DNA of 64,000 nt from Phycisphaeraceae bacterium (GTDB taxonomy: Bacteria; Planctomycetota; Phycisphaerae; Phycisphaerales; Phycisphaeraceae), in assembly GCA_963674705.1 (NCBI GenBank), contig OY771506.1, positions 4,160,001 to 4,224,000 of the forward strand. The letters are read 5' to 3'. The notes below the pieces were generated by a model, which was not told the origin of the DNA, ran no database searches, and saw only the letters and a program-made list of their open reading frames with translations. The position numbers and the translations under genes were made by a program. Every line of letters starts with the position of its first letter. Position 1 is the first letter of the stretch. Positions 31,169 to 40,885 of this stretch are shown here, piece by piece.

Positions 31169-32125
31169 ATGAAAAATGTGCGTGTCAAACACTTGGCTCT
31201 AGGCCTATCGGCTGCAGTTATAGGCTTGGGTGCCTATAGCGCCGATGCAGCGATCGTTACTTTGACCGGGATCGACGGTTTTGGATCTTCGTCATTCAAC
31301 ACTGTCGGCCTCTGGGACAATGCTGCAGCACCCTCAGCGGGCAACGACTACTTCGTGCCGGATGGCACTCGTCTGCGTACGCCACCGGATGGCAACAGCT
31401 ACGCCTTTGCCGGCGACTCACTGACCATCAACAACCTTACGGCCTACGGTGACGGCTTCATGTTCAAAGGCACCGGCAACACCGGTACTATCACCGTCGA
31501 CAACCTCATCATGGACGGCGGGCTGATCTCCCATGCCAACGGCATCGGCGACGTCTTCCAGCTTGACGGGGCGATGTCGGTCGTCGGCGACTCGCGCATC
31601 TACGCCAAGCAGGGCCCCATCTATATCTATTCGGATATCAGTGGCAGCGCCCAGATCACCAATGAGGCTCCAGACTCACCGATCGAGTGCAAGTTGTGGA
31701 TTGGTTCATCGGCCAATACCTACACGGGCAATATCGTAAACCACGGCCGTATCGAATTGCTGGACGATGCCAACCTGAACTTCGTGATCGGCGCCAGCGG
31801 TGTCAACAACGACATCACTGACGGCGGAAGTCAGAAACATATCATCTTTGGAGGTGACTTCGTCCTTGATCTCACCAGTGCAGGCACGACCATCGGGGAT
31901 AGCTGGTCGCTGATAGCCACAACCTCTGCTTCGACTTACTACACCAACACGTTCAACATGGTCGGATTCACCGAATTGGGTGATGGCCTTACCTGGCTGA
32001 AACCGATCGACGCTTCGAGTAGCTACAGGTTCCAGGAGAGCACCGGCATTCTGTCCGTTGTTCCGGAACCCGCCAGCCTGGCGCTGATGGCACTGGGTGG
32101 CGCCGTCATGCTTCGACGCCGTTAG
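31169..32125 (+). CDS. Short PEP-CTERM protein (domain A, beta-helix-like), no dockerin
   Basis: AGGAGG SD; signal peptide; VPEPASLAL...RRR; paralogous to the N-terminus of the next gene. Confidence 0.88.
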   Translation: MKNVRVKHLALGLSAAVIGLGAYSADAAIVTLTGIDGFGSSSFNTVGLWDNAAAPSAGNDYFVPDGTRLRTPPDGNSYAFAGDSLTINNLTAYGDGFMFKGTGNTGTITVDNLIMDGGLISHANGIGDVFQLDGAMSVVGDSRIYAKQGPIYIYSDISGSAQITNEAPDSPIECKLWIGSSANTYTGNIVNHGRIELLDDANLNFVIGASGVNNDITDGGSQKHIIFGGDFVLDLTSAGTTIGDSWSLIATTSASTYYTNTFNMVGFTELGDGLTWLKPIDASSSYRFQESTGILSVVPEPASLALMALGGAVMLRRR

Positions 32126-32145
32126 TACCTGATTTATACGATTCA

Positions 32146-32179
32146 GCACGAGTTCTTGAATAGAGAACTCGTGCCTTTT
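32146..32179 (+). terminator. Terminator or stabilising stem-loop
   Basis: GCACGAGTTCT...AGAACTCGTGC followed by CTTTT. Confidence 0.7.
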
Positions 32180-32333
32180 GGCATCGTTTGTACACCGTCA
32201 CACATGCAATCTGTTTAAACACCGAGATCGAGTATTTATCCGCTTGGAAGGATAAATTGAAGTGACTTGGCGAGTCGCATGGCTATTCAAGACTCGCGAA
32301 CAGGGATAGGCATAACACAGGAGGATAATAAGG

Positions 32334-35300
32334 ATGACGTCTTTCAAGCAGTTGGGTAAGACCGGATTGACTAGCCTGACAGGGGCGCAACTGGTGATTC
32401 TGGGTCTGATCGCGACATCGGCACAGGGTGCCACGGTTACATTGACGGGCTTGGATGGAATCGGCACCTCTTCATTTAACTCAGCAGGGCTCTGGGATAA
32501 TGCGGCGGCCCCTTCGGCGGGCAATGACTACTTCGTGGTTGATGGCACACGGCTGCGTACGCCGGGTGATGCCAACAGTTACACCTTCGCGGGTGACTCA
32601 CTCACGATCAACAACACCACGCCTTATTCCGAAGGTTTGATGTTCAAAGGCACCGGCACCTCGGGGATCATCACCATCCCCAATCTGATCCTGGATGGTG
32701 GTTTGATTTCGCATGCGCAGGGTACAGGCGACCTGTTTCAACTGGATGGGGTCGTCACGGTCAGCAGTGATTCACGCCTTTATGCTAAGCAAGGCAACAT
32801 CGACATATTGGCGGATATCAGCGGCACCGGCGGGCTGGAAGTGCTGGCAACCGATGACAACACCAACTCCGGTGCAAGAATCCTGACCCTATACGGCGAC
32901 AACTCCGGCTACACCGGTGATATCGATGTAAGCGGCAAACTGCATCTGGGTGATACGGGCGCGCTGGCATTTAATATCGGCGCAAGCGGGGTCAATAACT
33001 CGATCAGCGGTACCGGCTGGCTTGAGGTCAATGGCATCTTCGAATTCGACCTGACCGGTGCGAGTTCAAATCCGGGCGATACATGGACTATCACCAATGT
33101 TGCCAACCAGATCTACAACGAGACATTCAGCGTGACCGGCTTCACGCAGTCCGGCTCCGTCTGGACGGATGGGACCTACACGTTCAACCCGTTGTCCGGC
33201 GAACTGACAGTCGCTGCGCCTCCGCTTGAATGGAACGTGGATGCCGACGGCAACTGGAGCACGGGCGCCAACTGGACCACCGGCACCGCTCCCTCGGCAG
33301 GCGGCGATGCGCTATTGGGCGCTGTGATCACGGCAAACCGCACGATCACACTCGACACAAACGTCTCGCTAAACAGCCTCGCTCTCAGCAATGCCGGCGA
33401 CGGTGATTACTTCATCGTTCCCGCTACAAATCAAAGCCTGACACTCACCGGCGAAGCCAGGCTCGACGTCGCCGGCCGCCACTGGATGCGAACGGAAGTC
33501 GCCAGCACGATCGGCGTGTACGTGGAAGGGACCGGCGAGTTGGTACTTGATGCGGACAACTCCTTTACCGGCGGGCTCTCGGTCGACGGGGCAACCGTAT
33601 CTATCGTTCATGATGATGCCTTGCCTGCCACAAACGACATTGCTGTCACCAATGGCGGCGTCGTACAGTTCTTCGGCGCCGACAACACTTTCTTCGCTGA
33701 CAACGGTTCAGCCGGTTACGGCACGGGAACGGTCGACGGCAACGTTTCGGTCGATGCCGATAGCTCGATCGGCGTAAATGACGGGGCGGATGTAACCTTC
33801 TCCGGCGTTATCTCCGGCGATGGTTCGGTCAGTGCGAATAATGGTATCGTGAGTTTCAACACCGCTCATACCTACGGCGGTACGACCACGCTCTCGGGCA
33901 CCTCGACGTTGACCGTCAGCGGTGCGGGCACGCTGGGTGCGGCAGACGGCACCGCGGCAACACGCACAATCAACAATGATTCGGCTCAACTCGTGCTGGA
34001 TAACGCTTCGCTTGGTGACGAGTTCATCGTTCTTGGAGAACGCAACGTCGATGCAACCGCGAGCATTTCCAGCGCCGGCAATAACACGATCGCCGGTAAC
34101 ATCTACGCGGATATCCCCGGCACGGGTAGCCACTACATCATTGAATCGACCAGCGGCACCCTGACGCTTAGCGGCACGATCTCGGCATGGGACGAGGCGG
34201 AACCGAATGATCGACTTTATGTCTTCGAAGGCGCCGGTGACATCAAAGTGACCGGTAAGATCACAGACCTGGCGGTGGATGAGAAAGGCGACCCGACGGT
34301 CGACCTGATCAGCAACGGCAACAACGTACATGTCGTGAAACGCGGCAGCGGCACTTTGACGATCGCAACTTCAACGACCAATGGCAACGACTTCTGGCGT
34401 GGCCCGACAGTCGTTGAAGAAGGCACATTGAAGGTTCAAGCCGGCGCTTCCAATGCCGGTGAACTATTCAGCTCAAGCATCCAGGTTCAGGCCGGTGCGG
34501 TCTTTGACACAAGTACGTTTACCACCTACAGCATGCAGGTAACACAAGACCCGGACGGGGTTGCATTCAACGGCGACGAGATCGGACAGACGATCGGCGG
34601 CGCCGGTACGATCAACGCCGGTAGTGGCACGATCTCCGCTTTTGAGGATGCCGTCTTTGCTCCCGGTGATGACGGGGTTGGCACGCTAAACATCACCGGC
34701 AACCTGAGCATCACACCGACGGTTGCAAACCCGAACGGTGGGATGAACTATGAACTGGGTGCTTCAGCGACTGGTACAAATGACCAGATCGCGGTCAGCG
34801 GCACGGTGACCCTGGGCGCCAGCGGCGGCGGCCAATACAACTTGAATGTGACCCCGGTCGGCGGAGCTCTTGACACTTCTGCTTATACGTTGATCAGCGG
34901 TGGCAGTGGCAGCGGCAGCGTGAGCGCGTCCGACTTCAATGTCGCGATCTTCAATTCGGAAGGCACGCAACTGGATACCCGACAGGATGATTCGGTCTCC
35001 ATCGGCTTCAGTGGTGGTGACCTGACCGTGCAGTTCTCTGCAACCGAAAGCATGAACTGGACCGGCGCGGTTAACAACACCTGGGATATCGGCACCACCG
35101 GGAACTGGTCCAGCAGTGACAACCTGTTCTATGATCTGGACAGCGTCAGCTTCAGCGGCACGAACACGATCAATGTTGCTGCAACCGTGACACCCGATGG
35201 CTTGAACATCAACTCTGGTTCGACCACTTTCACGGGTGCCGGCATCCAGGGTTCAGGTGATTTAAGTGTGGCAGCCGGTGCCAGTGTTGCGTTTAACAAC

Positions 35301-37334
35301 GATGAGGTAAATACAATCGGTAACGTGAATCTGGGAGCAGGTGCGAGTTTAGTTGAGAACCAGAGCACCGGTGAAACCCAGCTCAATGGCAACCTGACCG
35401 GTTCCGGTGCGTTGAATGTCACCGCCGGCCAGGTCGTGCTCAGTGGTGACAACACCGCGTTCACAGGCACGATGAATGTCAACGGCGGCACACTGAACCT
35501 GAACAACGCCAACGGACTTGGCGGCACGGTCAGCGTCAACAGCGGCGGTCGGCTGCTGTCGAACGCCGATACGTACACGAGTAATGGGGCGTTCACCCTC
35601 AACGGCGGCACATTCGCGGTCGGCGGTGGGGCGGTCGCTGCGGTCGAGATGGCCGGCCCCATCAACGTCACCGCGTCCGGCGGTTCGTTCCAGATCGACG
35701 GCGGTACGGGCGCGGATGGCTTGACGGTCAGCGGGAATATCACGGGCGCAGCCGGCGGCGCTTTGAATATCAACGTGGATGGCGATTCGACCATGACCGT
35801 CAGCGGCAACATCACCAACAACGGTGTATTGAACAAGACCGGCAGTGGTGTCCTGGCACTCGGCGCAACGACCACGGTTGCAAGCCCAACCATCAACGTT
35901 AACGGTGGTACGTTGGATGTATCCAGCCAGGCCGCGTTCAGCATGTCCAGCGGTCAAACGCTTGCTGGTACTGCAACGGTGTCAGGCAATGTTACCGCTT
36001 CGAGTGGTTCGACCCTCCGTGTCGGCGGTGTGGGCCTGCCCATCACGCCAAGCCAGTTCGTTATCGATGATTTTGAAAGCTACAACCTCGGCGGCGTGAT
36101 CGAAGAAGCAGCCCCCTGGGCTGACCACGCGGATTCGACTTATGCCGACATCGAAGATGATGGCACTGGTAATCAGGTGTTAGCTTACGGCCACGATGAC
36201 GCGTCCGATCCGGCATACGGCGCGGTCTCCCGTCCAATCCCTGCAGCAGGAACAGTCGATGACAGCAGTGTCGCGACGTTCTTCTTCCGCATGAATTCCA
36301 AGCAGGATGATCCGGATCATAGCTTCGGTATCAGTGACGGCACGGATACCGCTGCCGGTTTCTCATTCGGTAGTTTCGAAGCGCAGGTCGCGTTCGTTGA
36401 TGACGGCGATTCCGGCAACGGGACGTTCAACATGGTCGCCCGTAATGGAGGTAGCTCCTCAAGTGTGGCAACGGGTCTGACGCCCAATACCTGGTACAAC
36501 ATCTGGGTAGTCGTGGATCAGACAACAGACACCTACGACGTCTACCAGAGCACGGGAACGGCCGACGCAACCGTCGCCAATCTTGTTGCTGATGACTTCG
36601 CGTTCCGTAACGGCACGACAACTGCTCTGAATACCTTGCTTGGCGCTTGGGCGCCTTCACCAATCGATAACCAGGTCATGGTTGACGACATCACCTATCT
36701 GGCTGGCGAAGACCTGACCAACCCGCTAGGCGGGCTGAATCCGGGCGATGTGTTCCAGTCCGAATCGTTGACCATCAGTGGCGACCTGGTATTGAGCGCT
36801 GGTGCAACGTTGGAAATGGATATCGCAACCGTGGACGCATTGGACCTGTTGACCGTCACGGGCAATCTGACCGCGGGTGGCACGCTGGAAGTAACCCTTG
36901 CAGGCACAGCTCCGGCACTGGCTGAAGGCGATGCGTTCGACATCCTCAACTTCGCTTCGGCCACCGGTTCCTTCGCCACGCTTAACCTGCCGGCGCTCGA
37001 TGCAGGCCTGAGCTGGGACACCAGCAACCTGCTGGTCACCGGCATCATCGAAGTCATCGCAGGCGGTGTACTCGATGGCGACCTCAACGGCGACGGGTTC
37101 GTCGGCCTGGCTGACCTGGACATCATCCTGACGCGCTGGAACCAGAACGTCACCGCAGGCGACTGGCTGCAAGGCGATCCGTCGGGCGATGGCTTCGTAG
37201 GCCTCGACGACTTGGACTTCGTCCTGGTCAACTGGAACAACGGAACACCGCCGAGTTCCAACGCCGCGATCCCCGAACCCGCCAGCCTCGCGCTGCTGGG
37301 CCTGGGCGGCATGGCACTGATCCGACGTCGTTAA
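32334..37334 (+). CDS. Large (1666 aa) adhesin-like PEP-CTERM protein: domain A + autotransporter-associated beta-strand repeats + domain B + dockerin-like module
   Basis: G/T/N/S-rich repeats (KRGSGTLTI, GPTVVEEGTL, KTGSGVLAL); IDDFESY...FFFRMNSK...WYNIWVVVDQ; dockerin-like repeat; IPEP tail. Confidence 0.88.
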   Translation: MTSFKQLGKTGLTSLTGAQLVILGLIATSAQGATVTLTGLDGIGTSSFNSAGLWDNAAAPSAGNDYFVVDGTRLRTPGDANSYTFAGDSLTINNTTPYSEGLMFKGTGTSGIITIPNLILDGGLISHAQGTGDLFQLDGVVTVSSDSRLYAKQGNIDILADISGTGGLEVLATDDNTNSGARILTLYGDNSGYTGDIDVSGKLHLGDTGALAFNIGASGVNNSISGTGWLEVNGIFEFDLTGASSNPGDTWTITNVANQIYNETFSVTGFTQSGSVWTDGTYTFNPLSGELTVAAPPLEWNVDADGNWSTGANWTTGTAPSAGGDALLGAVITANRTITLDTNVSLNSLALSNAGDGDYFIVPATNQSLTLTGEARLDVAGRHWMRTEVASTIGVYVEGTGELVLDADNSFTGGLSVDGATVSIVHDDALPATNDIAVTNGGVVQFFGADNTFFADNGSAGYGTGTVDGNVSVDADSSIGVNDGADVTFSGVISGDGSVSANNGIVSFNTAHTYGGTTTLSGTSTLTVSGAGTLGAADGTAATRTINNDSAQLVLDNASLGDEFIVLGERNVDATASISSAGNNTIAGNIYADIPGTGSHYIIESTSGTLTLSGTISAWDEAEPNDRLYVFEGAGDIKVTGKITDLAVDEKGDPTVDLISNGNNVHVVKRGSGTLTIATSTTNGNDFWRGPTVVEEGTLKVQAGASNAGELFSSSIQVQAGAVFDTSTFTTYSMQVTQDPDGVAFNGDEIGQTIGGAGTINAGSGTISAFEDAVFAPGDDGVGTLNITGNLSITPTVANPNGGMNYELGASATGTNDQIAVSGTVTLGASGGGQYNLNVTPVGGALDTSAYTLISGGSGSGSVSASDFNVAIFNSEGTQLDTRQDDSVSIGFSGGDLTVQFSATESMNWTGAVNNTWDIGTTGNWSSSDNLFYDLDSVSFSGTNTINVAATVTPDGLNINSGSTTFTGAGIQGSGDLSVAAGASVAFNNDEVNTIGNVNLGAGASLVENQSTGETQLNGNLTGSGALNVTAGQVVLSGDNTAFTGTMNVNGGTLNLNNANGLGGTVSVNSGGRLLSNADTYTSNGAFTLNGGTFAVGGGAVAAVEMAGPINVTASGGSFQIDGGTGADGLTVSGNITGAAGGALNINVDGDSTMTVSGNITNNGVLNKTGSGVLALGATTTVASPTINVNGGTLDVSSQAAFSMSSGQTLAGTATVSGNVTASSGSTLRVGGVGLPITPSQFVIDDFESYNLGGVIEEAAPWADHADSTYADIEDDGTGNQVLAYGHDDASDPAYGAVSRPIPAAGTVDDSSVATFFFRMNSKQDDPDHSFGISDGTDTAAGFSFGSFEAQVAFVDDGDSGNGTFNMVARNGGSSSSVATGLTPNTWYNIWVVVDQTTDTYDVYQSTGTADATVANLVADDFAFRNGTTTALNTLLGAWAPSPIDNQVMVDDITYLAGEDLTNPLGGLNPGDVFQSESLTISGDLVLSAGATLEMDIATVDALDLLTVTGNLTAGGTLEVTLAGTAPALAEGDAFDILNFASATGSFATLNLPALDAGLSWDTSNLLVTGIIEVIAGGVLDGDLNGDGFVGLADLDIILTRWNQNVTAGDWLQGDPSGDGFVGLDDLDFVLVNWNNGTPPSSNAAIPEPASLALLGLGGMALIRRR

Positions 37335-37345
37335 CGATCACACTC

Positions 37346-37385
37346 AATACGGGCCTCTTAATTGAGACCCGTATTCTTGTTTTTA
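37346..37385 (+). terminator. Intrinsic terminator / stem-loop
   Basis: AATACGGG-CTC...GAG-CCCGTATT followed by CTTGTTTTT. Confidence 0.7.
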
Positions 37386-37523
37386 ATTGATGTCGGACTA
37401 ACCCGGCATAACCGCGGATATTGATATCAGCGATCGACATGATGTTTATATTTTCGATGATAGATCGATCGATGAGCAACAGACTATTTATTCAAACTCA
37501 ATCCACCGCATGCTTGCATAGGT

Positions 37524-40500
37524 ATGTCAGTAGCCAGGTGGATCGGTTTTCCTATTGGCTATAGCAGGTGCCCCATGACTACCCGTGCTGCTCTCGCTGC
37601 GTTCATGCTTTGTTTACCCGCCTTGCCGGTTTCGGCACAAGTCGATGTCGTTTACGGCGACATGTTTAACCTGACGAACACCACAACCTCGCCGAACGGC
37701 TCATGGAACTGGTGCACGGACGAACGCGTGATCATCGACGACACGGACCCCAATAACACGCTGATGATCCTCAGTACGGTTTCGGCGGGGTCGGGCGCTG
37801 AAAGCGGTGACATCGACATCCTTTGGCGCAACCTGGATACGGGCGTACAAGGTGAATTCGAGTTGCACAACCAGCTCGAGCAGGACGACCACAACATGGC
37901 GGCGCTGTACCAGCGACCCGATGGGCGCTACGTTGCGATCTACTCCAAGCATACCTCCGATCTCTACACACGCTACCGCGTTTCGACGAATCCACATGAC
38001 CCCACCGCCTGGGAGCCGGAACAGATCGTCACCAATGGCAACAACGCCACCTACAACAACATTTATTATCTGGATGAAGACAACGGCGGCAGTGGTCGGC
38101 TCTACAACTTCACCCGCGCGGACAACTGGGACCCGACGGTCCACGTGTCATACGATCAGGGCTCAACCTGGACACACGCAGGTAAACTGCTGACCCAAGG
38201 CGGTACTAGCGATCGGCCTTACCTTGAATATGCATCCCATGGCGACAAGATCCACTTCATCGCTACCGAGGAGCATCCGCGTCAGGTACAAAACAGCATT
38301 TATGCAGGCTACGTCAAAGATGGCGTGCTTTATAACTACAACGACGAGGTGATGGATGACAATATCTTTGATGCAAATGGCATCTCCCCGACTCAACTGA
38401 CAACGGTCTTCAAAAACGGTGAACAATTCAACGGCACGACGATGAACCGTGCGTGGACCATCAGCCTGGAGCTGGACAATACACACAACCCCGTCGGCAT
38501 CATCAGTGTTCGTGCTAACGATAATCCATACGACCACCGTTACCTGTACGCCCGTTTCGACGGCGTCGACTGGCAGGTCAATGAAATGGCAGCCGGCGGC
38601 AGCTACATGTATGACTATGAAAACGACTACATGGGGCTGATGTCGATCGATCCGCAGAATCCGAACGTCGTGTACATGGCCAACGATATCGATCCTCGCA
38701 ACGGCACGACCACTGCACATCACGAACTCTACAAAGGTGTGACCTCTGACTTCGGCCAGACCTGGACCTGGACCGCGATTACCGAAAACTCGACCGTCGA
38801 CAACCTCCGTCCCGCGATCCCGGAATGGGACGGACACAATACAGCAATCGCCTGGCTGCGCGGCACCTATGGGACGTGGTCTGATTGGAATGATCTTGAA
38901 GTTTACGGTATGACCTTGGATGCGACGGACGCCAAGGCGCTAATCTGGCGTGGAGACGCAACGAGCCCGAACGCATGGGATATTAATAACAACATGAATT
39001 GGGACAGCGGTGGGGGGCTGACGGATCCATATCTGGACGGCGCCGAAGTCGCTTTTGACGATACCGCCAGTTCGTTCAACGTCAATATCGCAACAACGGT
39101 GACACCCTCCAATACTGCCTTTAACAATGAAAGCAATGCGTACACCGTAACCGGTGCCGGCATCAGCGGCAGCGGTATGCTGCGCGTGCTGGGCGGTGGA
39201 GAGGTAACACTCGCCAACGGCGCAAACACCTACACCGGCAAAACCATGATCGCCAGGGGCACCCTTGCCATGTCCGGCAATGCCAGTTTGGATAACACAC
39301 CACACATCGACGTGACCAGGAACGGTACGTTTGATGTGTCAGCCTCCACTGGCGGTTCGTACGCCTTGAACAACCAGGTTCTGACGATCGACGGCGATGT
39401 CATCGGCAACATCGTGGCGACGAATAACTCGACCGTACACGTCAATTCCAGCAACTCCATGAACGGCAATCTGACAGCCCAATCCGGAAGCCTCATTGAT
39501 GGTGCGGGGAAAGTATCTGGTAACCTCACCTCTCAAGCCTCAACGGTCCGCGTTGGCGGTGACGGCCTGGATGTACAGATCAGCCAGTTCATCATCGATG
39601 ATTTTGAAGGCTACAGCCTCGGCGATGTGAACACGGTCGCCAGCCCCACGTGGATCGGTCATGCCGGTAGTGATGTCGCGGATATCGAAGATGATGGCAC
39701 GGGCAACAAGGTCCTGACGTTTGGCGGATTGGAAAACTATGGCGCTGCCTCTATGCTGCTTCCCGTCGGCGCTCAGATCGATAACACCGAAACGTCCACC
39801 TTCTTCTTCCGCTTCAATTCAAAAACCGATGACCCGGACAGCAGCTTCGGCCTGAGCGATCAATCCAATACGGGTAACAGTTTCGTCTTCAGTGATTATG
39901 AAGCACAAGTGCGTATCGTGGATGATGCCGGTGCCAGTGGGACATACATGCTCGATGCGCGTGACGGCGGGGGATTCACATCTGCTTTAACCACGGGTCT
40001 GGCAACTGACACCTGGTACAACCTGTGGATGGTCGTGGACCAAACCACAGACACATATGACATCTATCTGAATACCGGCTCTTCGGATGCAACCTCGGGT
40101 GATAAGCTGAATAGCTCCCCGCTGAGTTTCCGTAACGGAACGACAGACACATTGATTTCGATTCTGGGCGCGTGGGGCCCGGCGCCAATTACCAATGGCG
40201 TTCGTTATGACGACATGACATTCCTGCAAGGTGCAGACCTGACGAATCCACTCGGTGGTTTGGACCCTGTCTTGCTCGGGACCGGCCTGACTTTGACCGT
40301 GCAAGGGGATTACACCATGGATGGCTCCGCGGTGTTGGAACTCGATGCGGTCGGCCCGGGTGTCGCGGATGTATTAACCGTCGGCGGCAACCTGCACGCG
40401 GCCGGCACGCTGGTTGTGACACTTGTCGACGAAGCCCCGGTCCCGCAACTCGGCGACCAGATCGACATCCTTGATTTTACGACCGCAACCGGGTCTTTCG

Positions 40501-40856
40501 ATTCGGTAGACCTGCCGACGCTCGCTGATGGATTGGCATGGAACACTTCGGCACTACTCACAACCGGCATTGTGGAAGTGATGCTAGAAGGTGATCTTAA
40601 CGGCGATGGTTTTGTCGGGCTGGATGATCTGGACATCGTGCTGTGCAATTGGAATACGAATATAACGACCGGCGACTGGTCGCAGGGCGATCCATCGGGC
40701 GATGGCTATGTGGGCCTGGACGACCTTGATATTGTCCTCGGCAATTGGAATGCAGGTACGCCGCCGCAAGCACTCGCTGATATACCAGAACCCGGGACTT
40801 GCTTATTAGTCGGTGGCCTAGGCGGCATGATTCTGTTACGCCCTCACGCTGACTGA
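37524..40856 (+). CDS. BNR_4-type beta-propeller (putative polysaccharide lyase) + beta-strand repeats + domain B + dockerin-like + PEP-CTERM
   Basis: DDHN motif; Asp-boxes SYDQGSTW and TSDFGQTW; RPYLEY; C-terminal half paralogous to the preceding gene. Confidence 0.78.
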   Translation: MSVARWIGFPIGYSRCPMTTRAALAAFMLCLPALPVSAQVDVVYGDMFNLTNTTTSPNGSWNWCTDERVIIDDTDPNNTLMILSTVSAGSGAESGDIDILWRNLDTGVQGEFELHNQLEQDDHNMAALYQRPDGRYVAIYSKHTSDLYTRYRVSTNPHDPTAWEPEQIVTNGNNATYNNIYYLDEDNGGSGRLYNFTRADNWDPTVHVSYDQGSTWTHAGKLLTQGGTSDRPYLEYASHGDKIHFIATEEHPRQVQNSIYAGYVKDGVLYNYNDEVMDDNIFDANGISPTQLTTVFKNGEQFNGTTMNRAWTISLELDNTHNPVGIISVRANDNPYDHRYLYARFDGVDWQVNEMAAGGSYMYDYENDYMGLMSIDPQNPNVVYMANDIDPRNGTTTAHHELYKGVTSDFGQTWTWTAITENSTVDNLRPAIPEWDGHNTAIAWLRGTYGTWSDWNDLEVYGMTLDATDAKALIWRGDATSPNAWDINNNMNWDSGGGLTDPYLDGAEVAFDDTASSFNVNIATTVTPSNTAFNNESNAYTVTGAGISGSGMLRVLGGGEVTLANGANTYTGKTMIARGTLAMSGNASLDNTPHIDVTRNGTFDVSASTGGSYALNNQVLTIDGDVIGNIVATNNSTVHVNSSNSMNGNLTAQSGSLIDGAGKVSGNLTSQASTVRVGGDGLDVQISQFIIDDFEGYSLGDVNTVASPTWIGHAGSDVADIEDDGTGNKVLTFGGLENYGAASMLLPVGAQIDNTETSTFFFRFNSKTDDPDSSFGLSDQSNTGNSFVFSDYEAQVRIVDDAGASGTYMLDARDGGGFTSALTTGLATDTWYNLWMVVDQTTDTYDIYLNTGSSDATSGDKLNSSPLSFRNGTTDTLISILGAWGPAPITNGVRYDDMTFLQGADLTNPLGGLDPVLLGTGLTLTVQGDYTMDGSAVLELDAVGPGVADVLTVGGNLHAAGTLVVTLVDEAPVPQLGDQIDILDFTTATGSFDSVDLPTLADGLAWNTSALLTTGIVEVMLEGDLNGDGFVGLDDLDIVLCNWNTNITTGDWSQGDPSGDGYVGLDDLDIVLGNWNAGTPPQALADIPEPGTCLLVGGLGGMILLRPHAD

Positions 40857-40885
40857 ATCAGGCGTCACTTGGCTAAGCTTCATGA